Assembly (NCBI GenBank): GCA_050633305.1
Contig: JBOEGF010000006.1
Location: 96,001 to 160,000 of the forward strand
Source of the DNA: Nannocystales bacterium
Lineage (GTDB): Bacteria; Myxococcota_A; Polyangia; Nannocystales; Nannocystaceae
Direction of reading: 5' to 3'
Length of the DNA stretch: 64,000 nucleotides
Part shown: piece after piece, positions 56,049 to 64,000 of the stretch
How positions within the stretch are numbered: position 1 is the first letter of the stretch
Layout of the letters: every line of letters begins with the position of its first letter
The notes under the pieces: model-generated
Seen by the model: only the letters and a program-made list of their open reading frames with translations
What the model was told of the DNA's origin: nothing
Databases searched by the model: none
Program-made: the position numbers and the translations under genes

Positions 56049-56122
56049 AGTCAACGAGTTGGAAACGCAGGTAGTTTTCAAAACCGGTGCGCAGTCCGCT
56101 CCACTTCGGCACTCGCGTTGCA
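56049..56122 (+). promoter_or_regulatory. sigma54 promoter with upstream IHF-like site
   Basis: CGGCACTCGCGTTGCA (56107-56122, GG-N10-GC); AGTCAACGAGTTG (56049-56061) is one mismatch from WATCAANNNNTTR, in an AT-rich patch. Confidence 0.6.
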
Positions 56123-56166
56123 GAGTTCTGCGACGTGCCGCCTTCGTTTGGTGGCGCGGAGATCCC

Positions 56167-56352
56167 ATGCAGCTCTCGAACGAAACCTCTCGCAGCACCC
56201 TGACGGACGAACGAGGAGTGAGCATCCTCGCCCGCTCGCTGTTCAAGGAGATGCGAACGCAAGGCTACTCCCCGGATCAGATCGTCGGCCTCTCCTCGGA
56301 GCTGATCGAGCTGGTCCGCGACGACCTTCGGTCCGGCCTCGCCGCTGAGTAG
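56167..56352 (+). CDS. Small helical hypothetical protein (61 aa)
   Basis: GGAG RBS, ATG 56167; ILARSLFKEMRTQGYSPDQIVGLSSELIELV two-helix pattern; typical codon bias. Confidence 0.75.
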   Translation: MQLSNETSRSTLTDERGVSILARSLFKEMRTQGYSPDQIVGLSSELIELVRDDLRSGLAAE

Positions 56353-56486
56353 CGCGACGCCTCCCTTCACAGCTGGCCCCGCGTCTGCCCCCACTGGGCA
56401 GGTCGGGGCTTTTGCTTTGGTTCCCGCCTGATTCGTGTGAGATGGAGTCTAGACGGCAGCGTCGGGCCCGGTTATGTCTCCGACCC

Positions 56487-57740
56487 ATGCTCTCGCTGTC
56501 GGATCTGGACGTCGACAATCGCCGTGTACTCGTGCGCGTGGACTTCAACGTCCCGCTCGACGCGGACGGAACGGTCCGCGACGACACTCGGATCCGTGCT
56601 GCCCTCCCCACCCTCCGGGCGCTCCGTGAGCGCAGCGCGCGTTTGATCATCGCCTCCCACCTTGGACGCCCGAAAGGCGCGTTCAAGCCGGAGTTGTCGA
56701 TGGAGCCCGTCGGCGCGCGCCTGGCGGAATTGCTGGAGTGCGAGGTCCGCGTGCCCGATGAGGTCATCGGGGATGGTGTCACCAAGCTCGTCAACGACAC
56801 GACCAACAAGCAGGTCGTCCTCCTCCAGAACCTGCGCTTTCATCCCGGAGAGACGAAGAACGATCCCGACCTGGCCGCGGGGCTCGCCTCCCTCGCCGAC
56901 GCGTACGTCAACGACGCGTTCGGCGCATGCCACCGGAGCCACGCCTCGGTGGTTGGCGTCCCAGCCAAGGTCTCAGCGCGGGCCCCCGGACTCCTGTTGG
57001 AACGGGAGCTCACGGCCCTGCACCGGCTCACCCACGATCCCGCCCGACCTTTGGTCGCGATCGTCGGTGGTGCGAAGGTCTCGGACAAGCTCAGCGTGCT
57101 GGTGGCCCTGGTCGAGCAATTCAACGCGGGGGATGCGCTCCTCATCGGCGGCGCGATGGCCAACACGTTCCTTGCGGCCGCAGGCGGCGAGATGGGCGCC
57201 TCCCTGCATGAGCCCGACCGGTTCCGCGACTGCAAGACCGTCCTCGAGAAAGCGGCCGCACGAGACATCCGCGTGGTGCTTCCGACCGACGTCATGGTCG
57301 GGCACGGCCTGGACACGACCGAGGCCACGCCACTGCGCCTGGGAGCGCGGGACGTCGGCGATGAAGAGATGGCGCTCGATATCGGGCCCGACTCGGTGGA
57401 GCAGTTCGCGCAGATCCTCAGCCGTGCGAAGACCATCTTCTGGAACGGCCCGATGGGCCTGTTCGAAAACCCAGCGTTTGCCCAGGGCACGCTTGGCGTC
57501 GCCAAGGCGGTCGCCGAGAGCGACGCGTTCTCCGTCGTGGGCGGTGGGGATTCGGTCGCCGCGTTGCACGAAAGCGGCCTGGCAGACCAGATCAGCCACG
57601 TCAGTACCGGAGGCGGCGCGTCTCTCGAGCTGATCGAGGGGAAGGTCCTCCCCGGCGTCGCGGCCCTGGTCCCAGACCCCGTACCCTTCGACTCCGTCCC
57701 CGACGCGCAGTCCGGCATCTACGAAGAGGACAGCGAATGA
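56487..57740 (+). CDS. pgk: Phosphoglycerate kinase
   Basis: RVDFNVP, SHLGRP, NLRFHPGE, VNDAFG, GGAKVSDK, WNGPMG, GGGDS, STGGGASL. Confidence 0.97.
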   Translation: MLSLSDLDVDNRRVLVRVDFNVPLDADGTVRDDTRIRAALPTLRALRERSARLIIASHLGRPKGAFKPELSMEPVGARLAELLECEVRVPDEVIGDGVTKLVNDTTNKQVVLLQNLRFHPGETKNDPDLAAGLASLADAYVNDAFGACHRSHASVVGVPAKVSARAPGLLLERELTALHRLTHDPARPLVAIVGGAKVSDKLSVLVALVEQFNAGDALLIGGAMANTFLAAAGGEMGASLHEPDRFRDCKTVLEKAAARDIRVVLPTDVMVGHGLDTTEATPLRLGARDVGDEEMALDIGPDSVEQFAQILSRAKTIFWNGPMGLFENPAFAQGTLGVAKAVAESDAFSVVGGGDSVAALHESGLADQISHVSTGGGASLELIEGKVLPGVAALVPDPVPFDSVPDAQSGIYEEDSE

Positions 57741-58546
57741 CCAACCGCATCACCTGGATCCTCGGAAACTGGAAACAGAACCACCTCTGCGCCGCCGCTG
57801 TCGAATGCGCGGAAGGGGTGGCGACCGGGCTGGAGGCGGCTCTGGCCGACCCCGTCGCGGGCTGCCCGGAGGTCCGCGTGGGCTTTGCGCCGACGTACCT
57901 CGCGCTCTCGGCCGCGGCACCATTCACGCGACCGGCCGGAGGCGCTTGGCTGCTTGCCCAGGACGTCGGGGCACAAGAGTCCGGTGCGTTCACGGGAGAG
58001 ATCGGCGTCGCGATGCTCAAAGAAGCTGGCGTTGATGCCGCCATCATCGGGCACTCGGAGCGCCGCGCCCTGTTTGGCGACACCAACGCTCTGGTCGCGG
58101 CGAAGGTCGCCAACGCCCTCTCCCACGATCTCACCGTCGTGCTCTGCGTGGGCGAGTCACTCGACGCCCGCGACAAAGGAGAACATGAAACGACCGTCAT
58201 TACGCAGCTTTCGGAGTCACTTGCTCAAGTGGGTTCCAGCGAAATGGATGCTAGGGTCGTCATCGCCTACGAACCTGTGTGGGCCATCGGCACCGGCCGC
58301 ACCGCGTCTCCGGAGCAAGCTCGCGACATGCATCGCGCGATTCGCACGTATCTTCGCGAGACCTACGGAGATGCCGGCCGCGACAGATCCATCCTCTACG
58401 GTGGTAGCGTGAAGCCCGGGAACGCAGCCGAACTCCTCTCCGCCGGAGACATCGATGGTTTCCTCATCGGTGGCGCATCCCTCAAAGCTGATTCCTTTCT
58501 GGCCATTGCGGCCGCCGCCGCGCAAACTGCTCGGCCCACCGCCTGA
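57737..58546 (+). CDS. tpiA: Triosephosphate isomerase
   Basis: GNWK, GAFTGE, IGHSERR, AYEPVWAIGTG, LYGGSV, GGASL. Confidence 0.97.
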   Translation: MTNRITWILGNWKQNHLCAAAVECAEGVATGLEAALADPVAGCPEVRVGFAPTYLALSAAAPFTRPAGGAWLLAQDVGAQESGAFTGEIGVAMLKEAGVDAAIIGHSERRALFGDTNALVAAKVANALSHDLTVVLCVGESLDARDKGEHETTVITQLSESLAQVGSSEMDARVVIAYEPVWAIGTGRTASPEQARDMHRAIRTYLRETYGDAGRDRSILYGGSVKPGNAAELLSAGDIDGFLIGGASLKADSFLAIAAAAAQTARPTA

Positions 58547-58602
58547 GTCCTTCGACTCCAACGGAAACTCTTCGTTTCGCTCCCCGCCCTGGTTGTCCTG
58601 TC

Positions 58603-59160
58603 ATGGATCTGTTCGTCGAGATCGTCTACGTCCTCATCACCATCGTTCTGGTGCTCGTTGTCCTGCTGCAAGCTGGCAAGGGCGGCGGCATGGGGAGCGC
58701 ACTTGGCGGCGGCGCCAGCCAGAGCGTCTTCGGAGGCGGTGGTGGCGCCGACTTCCTTGCGAAACTGACCCAGGGCCTCGCAATCGGCTTCATGGTCTGT
58801 GCCGTCTACCTCGCCTACGCGAGCACCCACGCCGGGTCGGACCGGCTGCAGGACATGTCCGAGGAGCTCGAGTCCGAGAAGAACCTCGCGGGTGAGGACG
58901 ACGAGGTCAACTACGAGCGTGTGGGGCCCAGCCCCTTGAAGCTCCCGGCAGCCGGCTCCGCGCCAGCCGACAGCGCGACCCCCGCTGCCGCGGCTCCGAC
59001 GCCCGCTGCCGAGGAGCCTTCGGCTGAAGAGCCTGCCGTGGTCGAAGCTCCCGCGGACGAGAAACCCGCGGTCGAAAAACCGGTCGAGAAACCTGCCGCC
59101 GAGGCACCCAAAGCGGCTCCAGAGCCCACCCCGGCCGACGGCACTGCGGTCACCGGCTGA
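58603..59160 (+). CDS. secG: Preprotein translocase subunit SecG with long acidic/Pro-Ala tail
   Basis: VLLQAGKGGGMGSALGGGASQSVFG, two TMs; follows tpiA. Confidence 0.92.
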   Translation: MDLFVEIVYVLITIVLVLVVLLQAGKGGGMGSALGGGASQSVFGGGGGADFLAKLTQGLAIGFMVCAVYLAYASTHAGSDRLQDMSEELESEKNLAGEDDEVNYERVGPSPLKLPAAGSAPADSATPAAAAPTPAAEEPSAEEPAVVEAPADEKPAVEKPVEKPAAEAPKAAPEPTPADGTAVTG

Positions 59161-59241
59161 TCCGCTCTGCGCTCGAATCGAGCGCGCGCCGCCCGCGGAT
59201 GTTGCCGCGCACTATGCGACTCCCCATAGAGGTCGAGTCGC

Positions 59242-60168
59242 ATGGAAGAGCGTCCCGTCATTGCCCTATCTTCGCTGGAATTCGGTTCCAGCCCTGTTGT
59301 CGACGACGCGTGGTTGCACGGCTCGAGCGAATGCTTGACCCGCCTCCGCCGCCGCGCTGCCGCGACTGCGGACGCGGGCTCCCGGGTGGTGGTGATCACC
59401 GGTCCGGTCGGTATCGGCAAACGCAGGCTCGCGAGATGGATGCAACATCGCAGCGCCGGGCCCCTGACCCCGCTGCTGGAGCTTCACGGAAAAGCGCTGC
59501 CCTCAGACCTCGCGAACGCTCAGGGTCCGATCCTGATCCACGGCGCTGAGACGATCGACAGCCGCGCTGCACAGCTGATCAAGGAGCGGATCACGGCCAA
59601 CCCCGACGCGACGCTGTTCCTCACCAGCCGACTTCCCCTGGCCACCCTGCGAGAGCGGTCGCTGGAGCACGAGCAGCTCTTCGGTCGAATGACCGAGGCG
59701 GTGCTCGACATCCCCTCCCTCGCCGACCGCACCGAAGACATCGCGGGTATCGCACGTGCCGCACTCGATGATGCGTGCGGCCGCTACGGGCTCGCGACTC
59801 GCGCGCTGTCCCCAGGCGCACTCGCGGAGCTGGAGCGGCAGCCCTGGCCGGGCAGCGCGCGTCAGCTGCGAGCCCTGCTGGACCAGTCGGCGCTTCGGGC
59901 CAAGGGACGCTGGGTTGGACCTGCGGACTTGGGCCTTGCCACGTCCACCCCCCAAACCAGCGGGGTCCTTCATGTCCGGCTGCCCGGAGCATCCCTCCGG
60001 GAGATCGAGGTCAAGGCGATCACGCTCGCGCTCGAGCTCGCCGACGGCCGGATCGTTCGAGCCGCTGAGCTGCTCGGCATCACCCGCCACGCGCTCCGGC
60101 GCAAGATCGACAAGTTCGGCGTCTCGGCGCGTCCCGCACTCGCCCAAGACCCCGACGCCAGCATCTGA
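59242..60168 (+). CDS. Degenerate sigma54-activator-like AAA+ / Fis-HTH protein
   Basis: ITGPVGIGK..LAR..H, IPSL.DR.EDI, WPG..RQLR, SL.EIE..AI..AL....G....AAELLGITRHALRRKI; no GAFTGA. Confidence 0.8.
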   Translation: MEERPVIALSSLEFGSSPVVDDAWLHGSSECLTRLRRRAAATADAGSRVVVITGPVGIGKRRLARWMQHRSAGPLTPLLELHGKALPSDLANAQGPILIHGAETIDSRAAQLIKERITANPDATLFLTSRLPLATLRERSLEHEQLFGRMTEAVLDIPSLADRTEDIAGIARAALDDACGRYGLATRALSPGALAELERQPWPGSARQLRALLDQSALRAKGRWVGPADLGLATSTPQTSGVLHVRLPGASLREIEVKAITLALELADGRIVRAAELLGITRHALRRKIDKFGVSARPALAQDPDASI

Positions 60169-60264
60169 GCTGCGGATCGCGACCGCCCCACGGCGGGGCG
60201 CTCCCCTCCCCCGCCGCGAACGGGTGCGCTTGACCCCGCTCGCCGCGGCCTCCACCCTCGCTGC

Positions 60265-61083
60265 GTGTCGCTGACGTTTCGCAAAGTGGAGGGCCTCGGC
60301 AACGACTTCCTGCTGATCGACCGCACGGCGCTCCCCTGGGACGCCATCGAGGCCGAAGTCGCCGCGCTCCAACCCTTCGCTCCCGCGCTGTGCAATCGGC
60401 GGACCGGGGTTGGTGGCGACGGACTGCTGATCGTGGGCTCCGGGCCCGAGGGCACCGACGGCGCCATGCTGGTGATCAACCACGACGGCTCGCGCCCGGA
60501 GATGTGCGGGAATGGGCTTCGATGTGTCGCCCAATCCCTGGCCGACCTTCGCGGACGCCACACGCTCGTCGTGCAGACCGACGCCGGCCCCAAGACCTGC
60601 GAGGTCACAGGCAGCGGTCGTCAGGTCGAGGTCGGTGTGAACATGGGACCGGGCCAGGACCTGGGCAGCCGGACCGTCGCGAGCGGCCGAACCTACCAAG
60701 CGGTGTCGATGGGCAACCCCCACGCGATCGCGTTCGTGGACGAAGACCCGCAGACGGTATGCCGCGCCGAAGGTCCCGCCGCCGAAATGGACGTCGTGTT
60801 CCCGGACCGAACCAACGTCGAGTTCGCACGCATGGCGGACGGCGGCATGACGCTGTGGGTTTGGGAGCGTGGGTGCGGGATCACCCAGGCCTGCGGCACC
60901 GGTGCATGCGCGGCAGCATGCGCGGCGGTCTGGAGCGAGCGCCATGCGCCAGGAACTCCGCTGACCGTCGACCTCCCGGGCGGACGCCTGTGGATCACGG
61001 TCCCCGAGGACCGCAGCGCAGGTGTGCACATGCGGGGGCCCGCCCGCGTCGCCTTCGACGGCTCGATCGAGCTTCCGGACTGA
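60265..61083 (+). CDS. dapF: Diaminopimelate epimerase
   Basis: K.EGLGNDF, GVGGDG, EMCGNG.RC, SMGNPH, TNVEF, WERG.G.T.ACGTG. Confidence 0.95.
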   Translation: MSLTFRKVEGLGNDFLLIDRTALPWDAIEAEVAALQPFAPALCNRRTGVGGDGLLIVGSGPEGTDGAMLVINHDGSRPEMCGNGLRCVAQSLADLRGRHTLVVQTDAGPKTCEVTGSGRQVEVGVNMGPGQDLGSRTVASGRTYQAVSMGNPHAIAFVDEDPQTVCRAEGPAAEMDVVFPDRTNVEFARMADGGMTLWVWERGCGITQACGTGACAAACAAVWSERHAPGTPLTVDLPGGRLWITVPEDRSAGVHMRGPARVAFDGSIELPD

Positions 61084-61100
61084 GCACCACGCAGGCACCA

Positions 61101-61144
61101 CGCAAAAACGCCGCCGAGGGGAAACCCAAGGCGGCGTTCTTGCG
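61101..61144. terminator. Hairpin between convergent genes (probable bidirectional terminator)
   Basis: cgcaaaaacgccgcc…ggcggcgttcttgcg inverted repeat. Confidence 0.65.
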
Positions 61145-61155
61145 AGGCGCGGATG

Positions 61156-62799
61156 TCAGCAGCTGCAGGAGCCCTGAACTTCGGCCTCTTCGACACAGAG
61201 GTCGTCCCACTCGGTCTCGCAGCAGAACGGGTCGGCCTCGCAGACGTCCGTGGCACATTCGCCGCAGCTGTCGTTGAGCGCCTCGCCGACGACACACTCG
61301 TCGTGGCATTCGACGCAGTACAGGTCGACTTCGTTGACGCAGGTCTCGTCCCACTCGGTCTCGCAGCAGTAGCTGTCGACCGCACAGACCGCCTCAGCAC
61401 AAGCTCCGCACATCGAGTCGAGCGGCGTACCGACCTCGTCGACCTCGTGCTCGCACATGCCACTGCCGCCGCCGCCGCCCAAGGAGCAGTCGCTCAACAG
61501 GTTCGGGCAAGGCACGCAGGCGCCATATCCGGCCGCGACCGGCTGGCAGAACATGTGAATCACGTGCTCACTGGGACCGAAGAGTTGATCGAGCAGCAGC
61601 GCGGTTGCGACGGCTCCCAAGGGGCCGAACGCATCGCCGGCCACGTCGTCGATGTCGAGGTCTTGGCAGTCGTTGTCCTCTTCACACGGGACACAGATGC
61701 CGCAGCTGATCGAGACGTCGTCGGTTCCCACCGTGAGCTCGGCGCAGCGAGCCATCGGGTACTCGACGATGGCGTCGTCGATCTCGTTGAAGCCGGTGAG
61801 GTCGCGAAGCAGCTCGCCGACGTTGTACTGGATGCCGATGCCGTCGCAGTCGCCGTCGTTCGAGCAGGCGTTCGTCACCTGGGAGAACGGCTCGGGCAGC
61901 ACGACCACGCCGTCCCCGAGATCGGAGCAGCCCGACGCGGTCGGTCCACACTCTCCGCGGTCGTCGTTGATCGGCACGATGCAGGTGGTGTTGTCGCCCT
62001 CGCACCCGGCACAGTCGTCGTCGACCTCGCAGCTACCCGGGCTCTGTCCAGGGATGCCGCACTGGGGAACGCAGACGCCTTGGTCGGTGCACAACAGGCC
62101 GTCGGGGCACGCGATGGGCACCGAACTGGTGTTGGAGCACTCGGCACACTGGTGGTTGTGGCACGCGTTTAGCGGCGTCGCGTCTTCGGCCGTCGTCGTG
62201 CACTCGCCACACTCGTCGTTGCTGCTGCACTCGTCGGGACACTTGGCGACACACTCGTTGCCGATGCAGATCTCCGTCGACTGACAGGCATCCATCGCAT
62301 CGCCGCGACACTGGACGCAGCTTCCTGCGGAGCAGATCTGATGGTCGGGATCGCAAGCGGCACAATCGGGGTCGTCGTTGCAGGTGATCGTCGGCTCGCC
62401 GTCCCCGTCGACGTCGCAGGTCAGCCCCTCGGGCACGCAGTCGCCAAACGCGGTGCACGACTCGCCAGCCTCGCAGCCGGAGCCCGTGTCGGGGTTGCAG
62501 GCCACGCAGCGCCGGTCTGGCACGTAACACGTGGTCTTTCCATCCGAACAGCCACCACACTCGAGGTCGGTCTCGCAGTTTTGCGCAAGGCAGATGTCGG
62601 AGGCGGTGTCGCCTTCGCTCTCGCTCTCGCTCTCGCCCTCGGTGTCGAAGGTGTCCCCATCGGACATGCTCGCAGCACTGTCCGTCGCGCCGAGCGTGTT
62701 CCCTCCCGGGCGGGCGCCATCGTCATCCGGACACCCGGTGAGGCCAAGGAGGAGAGCTACCCACGGTAGCGCGCGAACGTTCAAGGGTCCCATCGTCAT
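61156..62799 (-). CDS. Very Cys-rich acidic lipoprotein with two C-terminal C..VC..D..CC...WD..CV repeats
   Basis: LLLGLTGC lipobox; repeated C..D.(D/E)C modules; 24-bp DNA repeat at 61202-61225 and 61346-61369 (48-aa period). Confidence 0.85.
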   Translation of the reverse strand: MTMGPLNVRALPWVALLLGLTGCPDDDGARPGGNTLGATDSAASMSDGDTFDTEGESESESEGDTASDICLAQNCETDLECGGCSDGKTTCYVPDRRCVACNPDTGSGCEAGESCTAFGDCVPEGLTCDVDGDGEPTITCNDDPDCAACDPDHQICSAGSCVQCRGDAMDACQSTEICIGNECVAKCPDECSSNDECGECTTTAEDATPLNACHNHQCAECSNTSSVPIACPDGLLCTDQGVCVPQCGIPGQSPGSCEVDDDCAGCEGDNTTCIVPINDDRGECGPTASGCSDLGDGVVVLPEPFSQVTNACSNDGDCDGIGIQYNVGELLRDLTGFNEIDDAIVEYPMARCAELTVGTDDVSISCGICVPCEEDNDCQDLDIDDVAGDAFGPLGAVATALLLDQLFGPSEHVIHMFCQPVAAGYGACVPCPNLLSDCSLGGGGGSGMCEHEVDEVGTPLDSMCGACAEAVCAVDSYCCETEWDETCVNEVDLYCVECHDECVVGEALNDSCGECATDVCEADPFCCETEWDDLCVEEAEVQGSCSC

Positions 62800-62940
62800 C
62801 ACGTAATCCCGCGGAGTGCTCCGCGACGGCCCAGTGTACCTGGGAGCCGGAAACGAACAAAGGGAGCACCGACCGCAGTCGATACTCCCCAAGTTGAATG
62901 CCAGGGGACCCCTGAAGGTCTCCGCGGCGGCAGCGCGAGC

Positions 62941-63999
62941 CTAGCCCTGGCAGCCTTCGATTTCGCCGTCATCTCCACCGCGTGCGAGGCACGCTGCTGC
63001 CGCACGCTCGACGATGTCGAGGGTCGGGAGGTGGCAGGTTCCGTCCTGGTCGGTCTGGCTGATCCACTTGATGAGACCGGTCCGCCATGCCCAGAGCACC
63101 GCACCGCGAGCGCTGCTGCTGCTCTCGGAGAAGTCGTCGTTCCAGTTGAAGAAGCGTCCGCTCCAGTTGGTCTCGTCGCGAAGCGTGACCATCGACTCCG
63201 GAGGATCGGCCATGATGGCTTCGAAGCGAATGGCGCTTGCGCGCATGCACTTACGGCCGGCCTCGGTGCCCTCGCCGTAGCTGTAGGTGGGGTTGTGACC
63301 GCCCGCCCACTTCTGCCAGAACTCGGTCCCGCCCAAGCCGAAGCCGCTGTCGACGCTGGGGTAGCTGTACTCGATCGCGGGCCCACCGATGGTGACCGAC
63401 TCGCGGTTCACATCGCGAGCCTGCGCGTAGTCGTCGACAGGCTCGTCGGGCTCGACGGGAGCTTCTTGGCCGCACTCGTAGCCGTCACACTGTGCGTCGA
63501 ACTTGTAGCCGAAGTCGCCGACGAGGGAGTTGCCCACGCCCGAGTTGATGACGAATCCAAGGACGAGGAAGTTCGCTTGCGAAGCGTCGAAGCCGAGAAC
63601 CGAAGTGGTCGAGCCGCCGGAGGAGTCCGAGCCGATCGTGATGGTGTTCTCCTCGACGTTGATGCTGGCCGTCTGGAAGTAGGTCGCGAGAACGCCTGCG
63701 GACTGCGCTTCGCCACCCTCGGGCTCATCGCCGTCCTCGAAGGTGCCTTCGCCCTCAACGGTGATGATCTCGTAGTAGTCGCCTGCGTCGCGCACGAGGA
63801 AGAACCGCATGTCGGTGCCTTCGTCGCCGCTGATGGTGACCTGCAGGCTGTCCTCGAACGCGGGGAGTTCGATGAGCGGAGCCTGAACCGACATGCGCTC
63901 GTCGGTGATGTCCGTGACGGTGGACTTGCCCTCTTGCGTTTCGGGGCCGTAGGCGACGATCTCGGTGGCCTGCGGTCCGACCTGCCGGCCGGCGAGCGC
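62941..63999 (-). CDS. Hypothetical protein, C-terminal part (runs off the right edge)
   Basis: Frame is open to the window end; acidic beta-rich region, then a Trp-rich domain (LGGTEFWQKW…WSGRFFNWNDD…LWAWRTGLIKWISQT). Confidence 0.75.
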   Translation of the reverse strand, partial: ALAGRQVGPQATEIVAYGPETQEGKSTVTDITDERMSVQAPLIELPAFEDSLQVTISGDEGTDMRFFLVRDAGDYYEIITVEGEGTFEDGDEPEGGEAQSAGVLATYFQTASINVEENTITIGSDSSGGSTTSVLGFDASQANFLVLGFVINSGVGNSLVGDFGYKFDAQCDGYECGQEAPVEPDEPVDDYAQARDVNRESVTIGGPAIEYSYPSVDSGFGLGGTEFWQKWAGGHNPTYSYGEGTEAGRKCMRASAIRFEAIMADPPESMVTLRDETNWSGRFFNWNDDFSESSSSARGAVLWAWRTGLIKWISQTDQDGTCHLPTLDIVERAAAACLARGGDDGEIEGCQG

Positions 64000-64000
64000 A

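Noticed and set aside
59161..59241. tRNA-Leu often found after secG
   Set aside because: No cloverleaf or T-loop motif in this interval.

Overview
A GC-rich, gene-dense bacterial chromosomal window. Gene content points to a myxobacterium, probably Nannocystaceae-like (inference from the TIGR04563-type small protein, Cys-rich-repeat lipoproteins, AgmX/PglI-type C-terminal domain and CorE-like ECF). Most of it is housekeeping: a long minus-strand run yceD-rpmF-plsX-fabD-fabG-acpP-fabF-rpiB-nrdR-ribD-ribE-ribB(X)-coaBC-udg-HU, then rpsT/holA/RNA m5U methyltransferase, a thiolase-hbd-crotonase-ACAD cluster, tRNA-Met, lgt, a K+ channel, dksA, mlaEFD, pgk-tpiA-secG and dapF, with many secreted Cys-rich lipoproteins in between. 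The best candidate for a new system lies just downstream of tRNA-Met (34.9-37.6 kb). A 53-aa, 14-Cys metallothionein-like gene (35968-36129, minus) is absent from the ORF track and hidden under an over-extended sigma-factor call. It has its own RBS and an ECF-type promoter, and heads an operon with a CorE-like Cys-rich ECF sigma factor and a Fur-family regulator. This operon is divergent from merC-like and His-rich lipoprotein genes that share a 20-bp upstream motif. Other strong oddities: a lipoprotein carrying an ERG2/sigma-1-receptor domain; two adjacent acyl-CoA dehydrogenases with complementary loss of FAD/catalytic motifs (likely an obligate heteromer); an MlaD with an 8-Cys insertion inside its MCE domain; a 1237-aa aromatic repeat protein; a perfect 101-bp tandem multi-hairpin repeat; and a recurring leaderless-type promoter architecture. 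No integrase, transposase, CRISPR array or rRNA was seen. All family assignments are from motif recognition by eye, not database searches. Many start codons were moved from the supplied ORF track and remain approximate.
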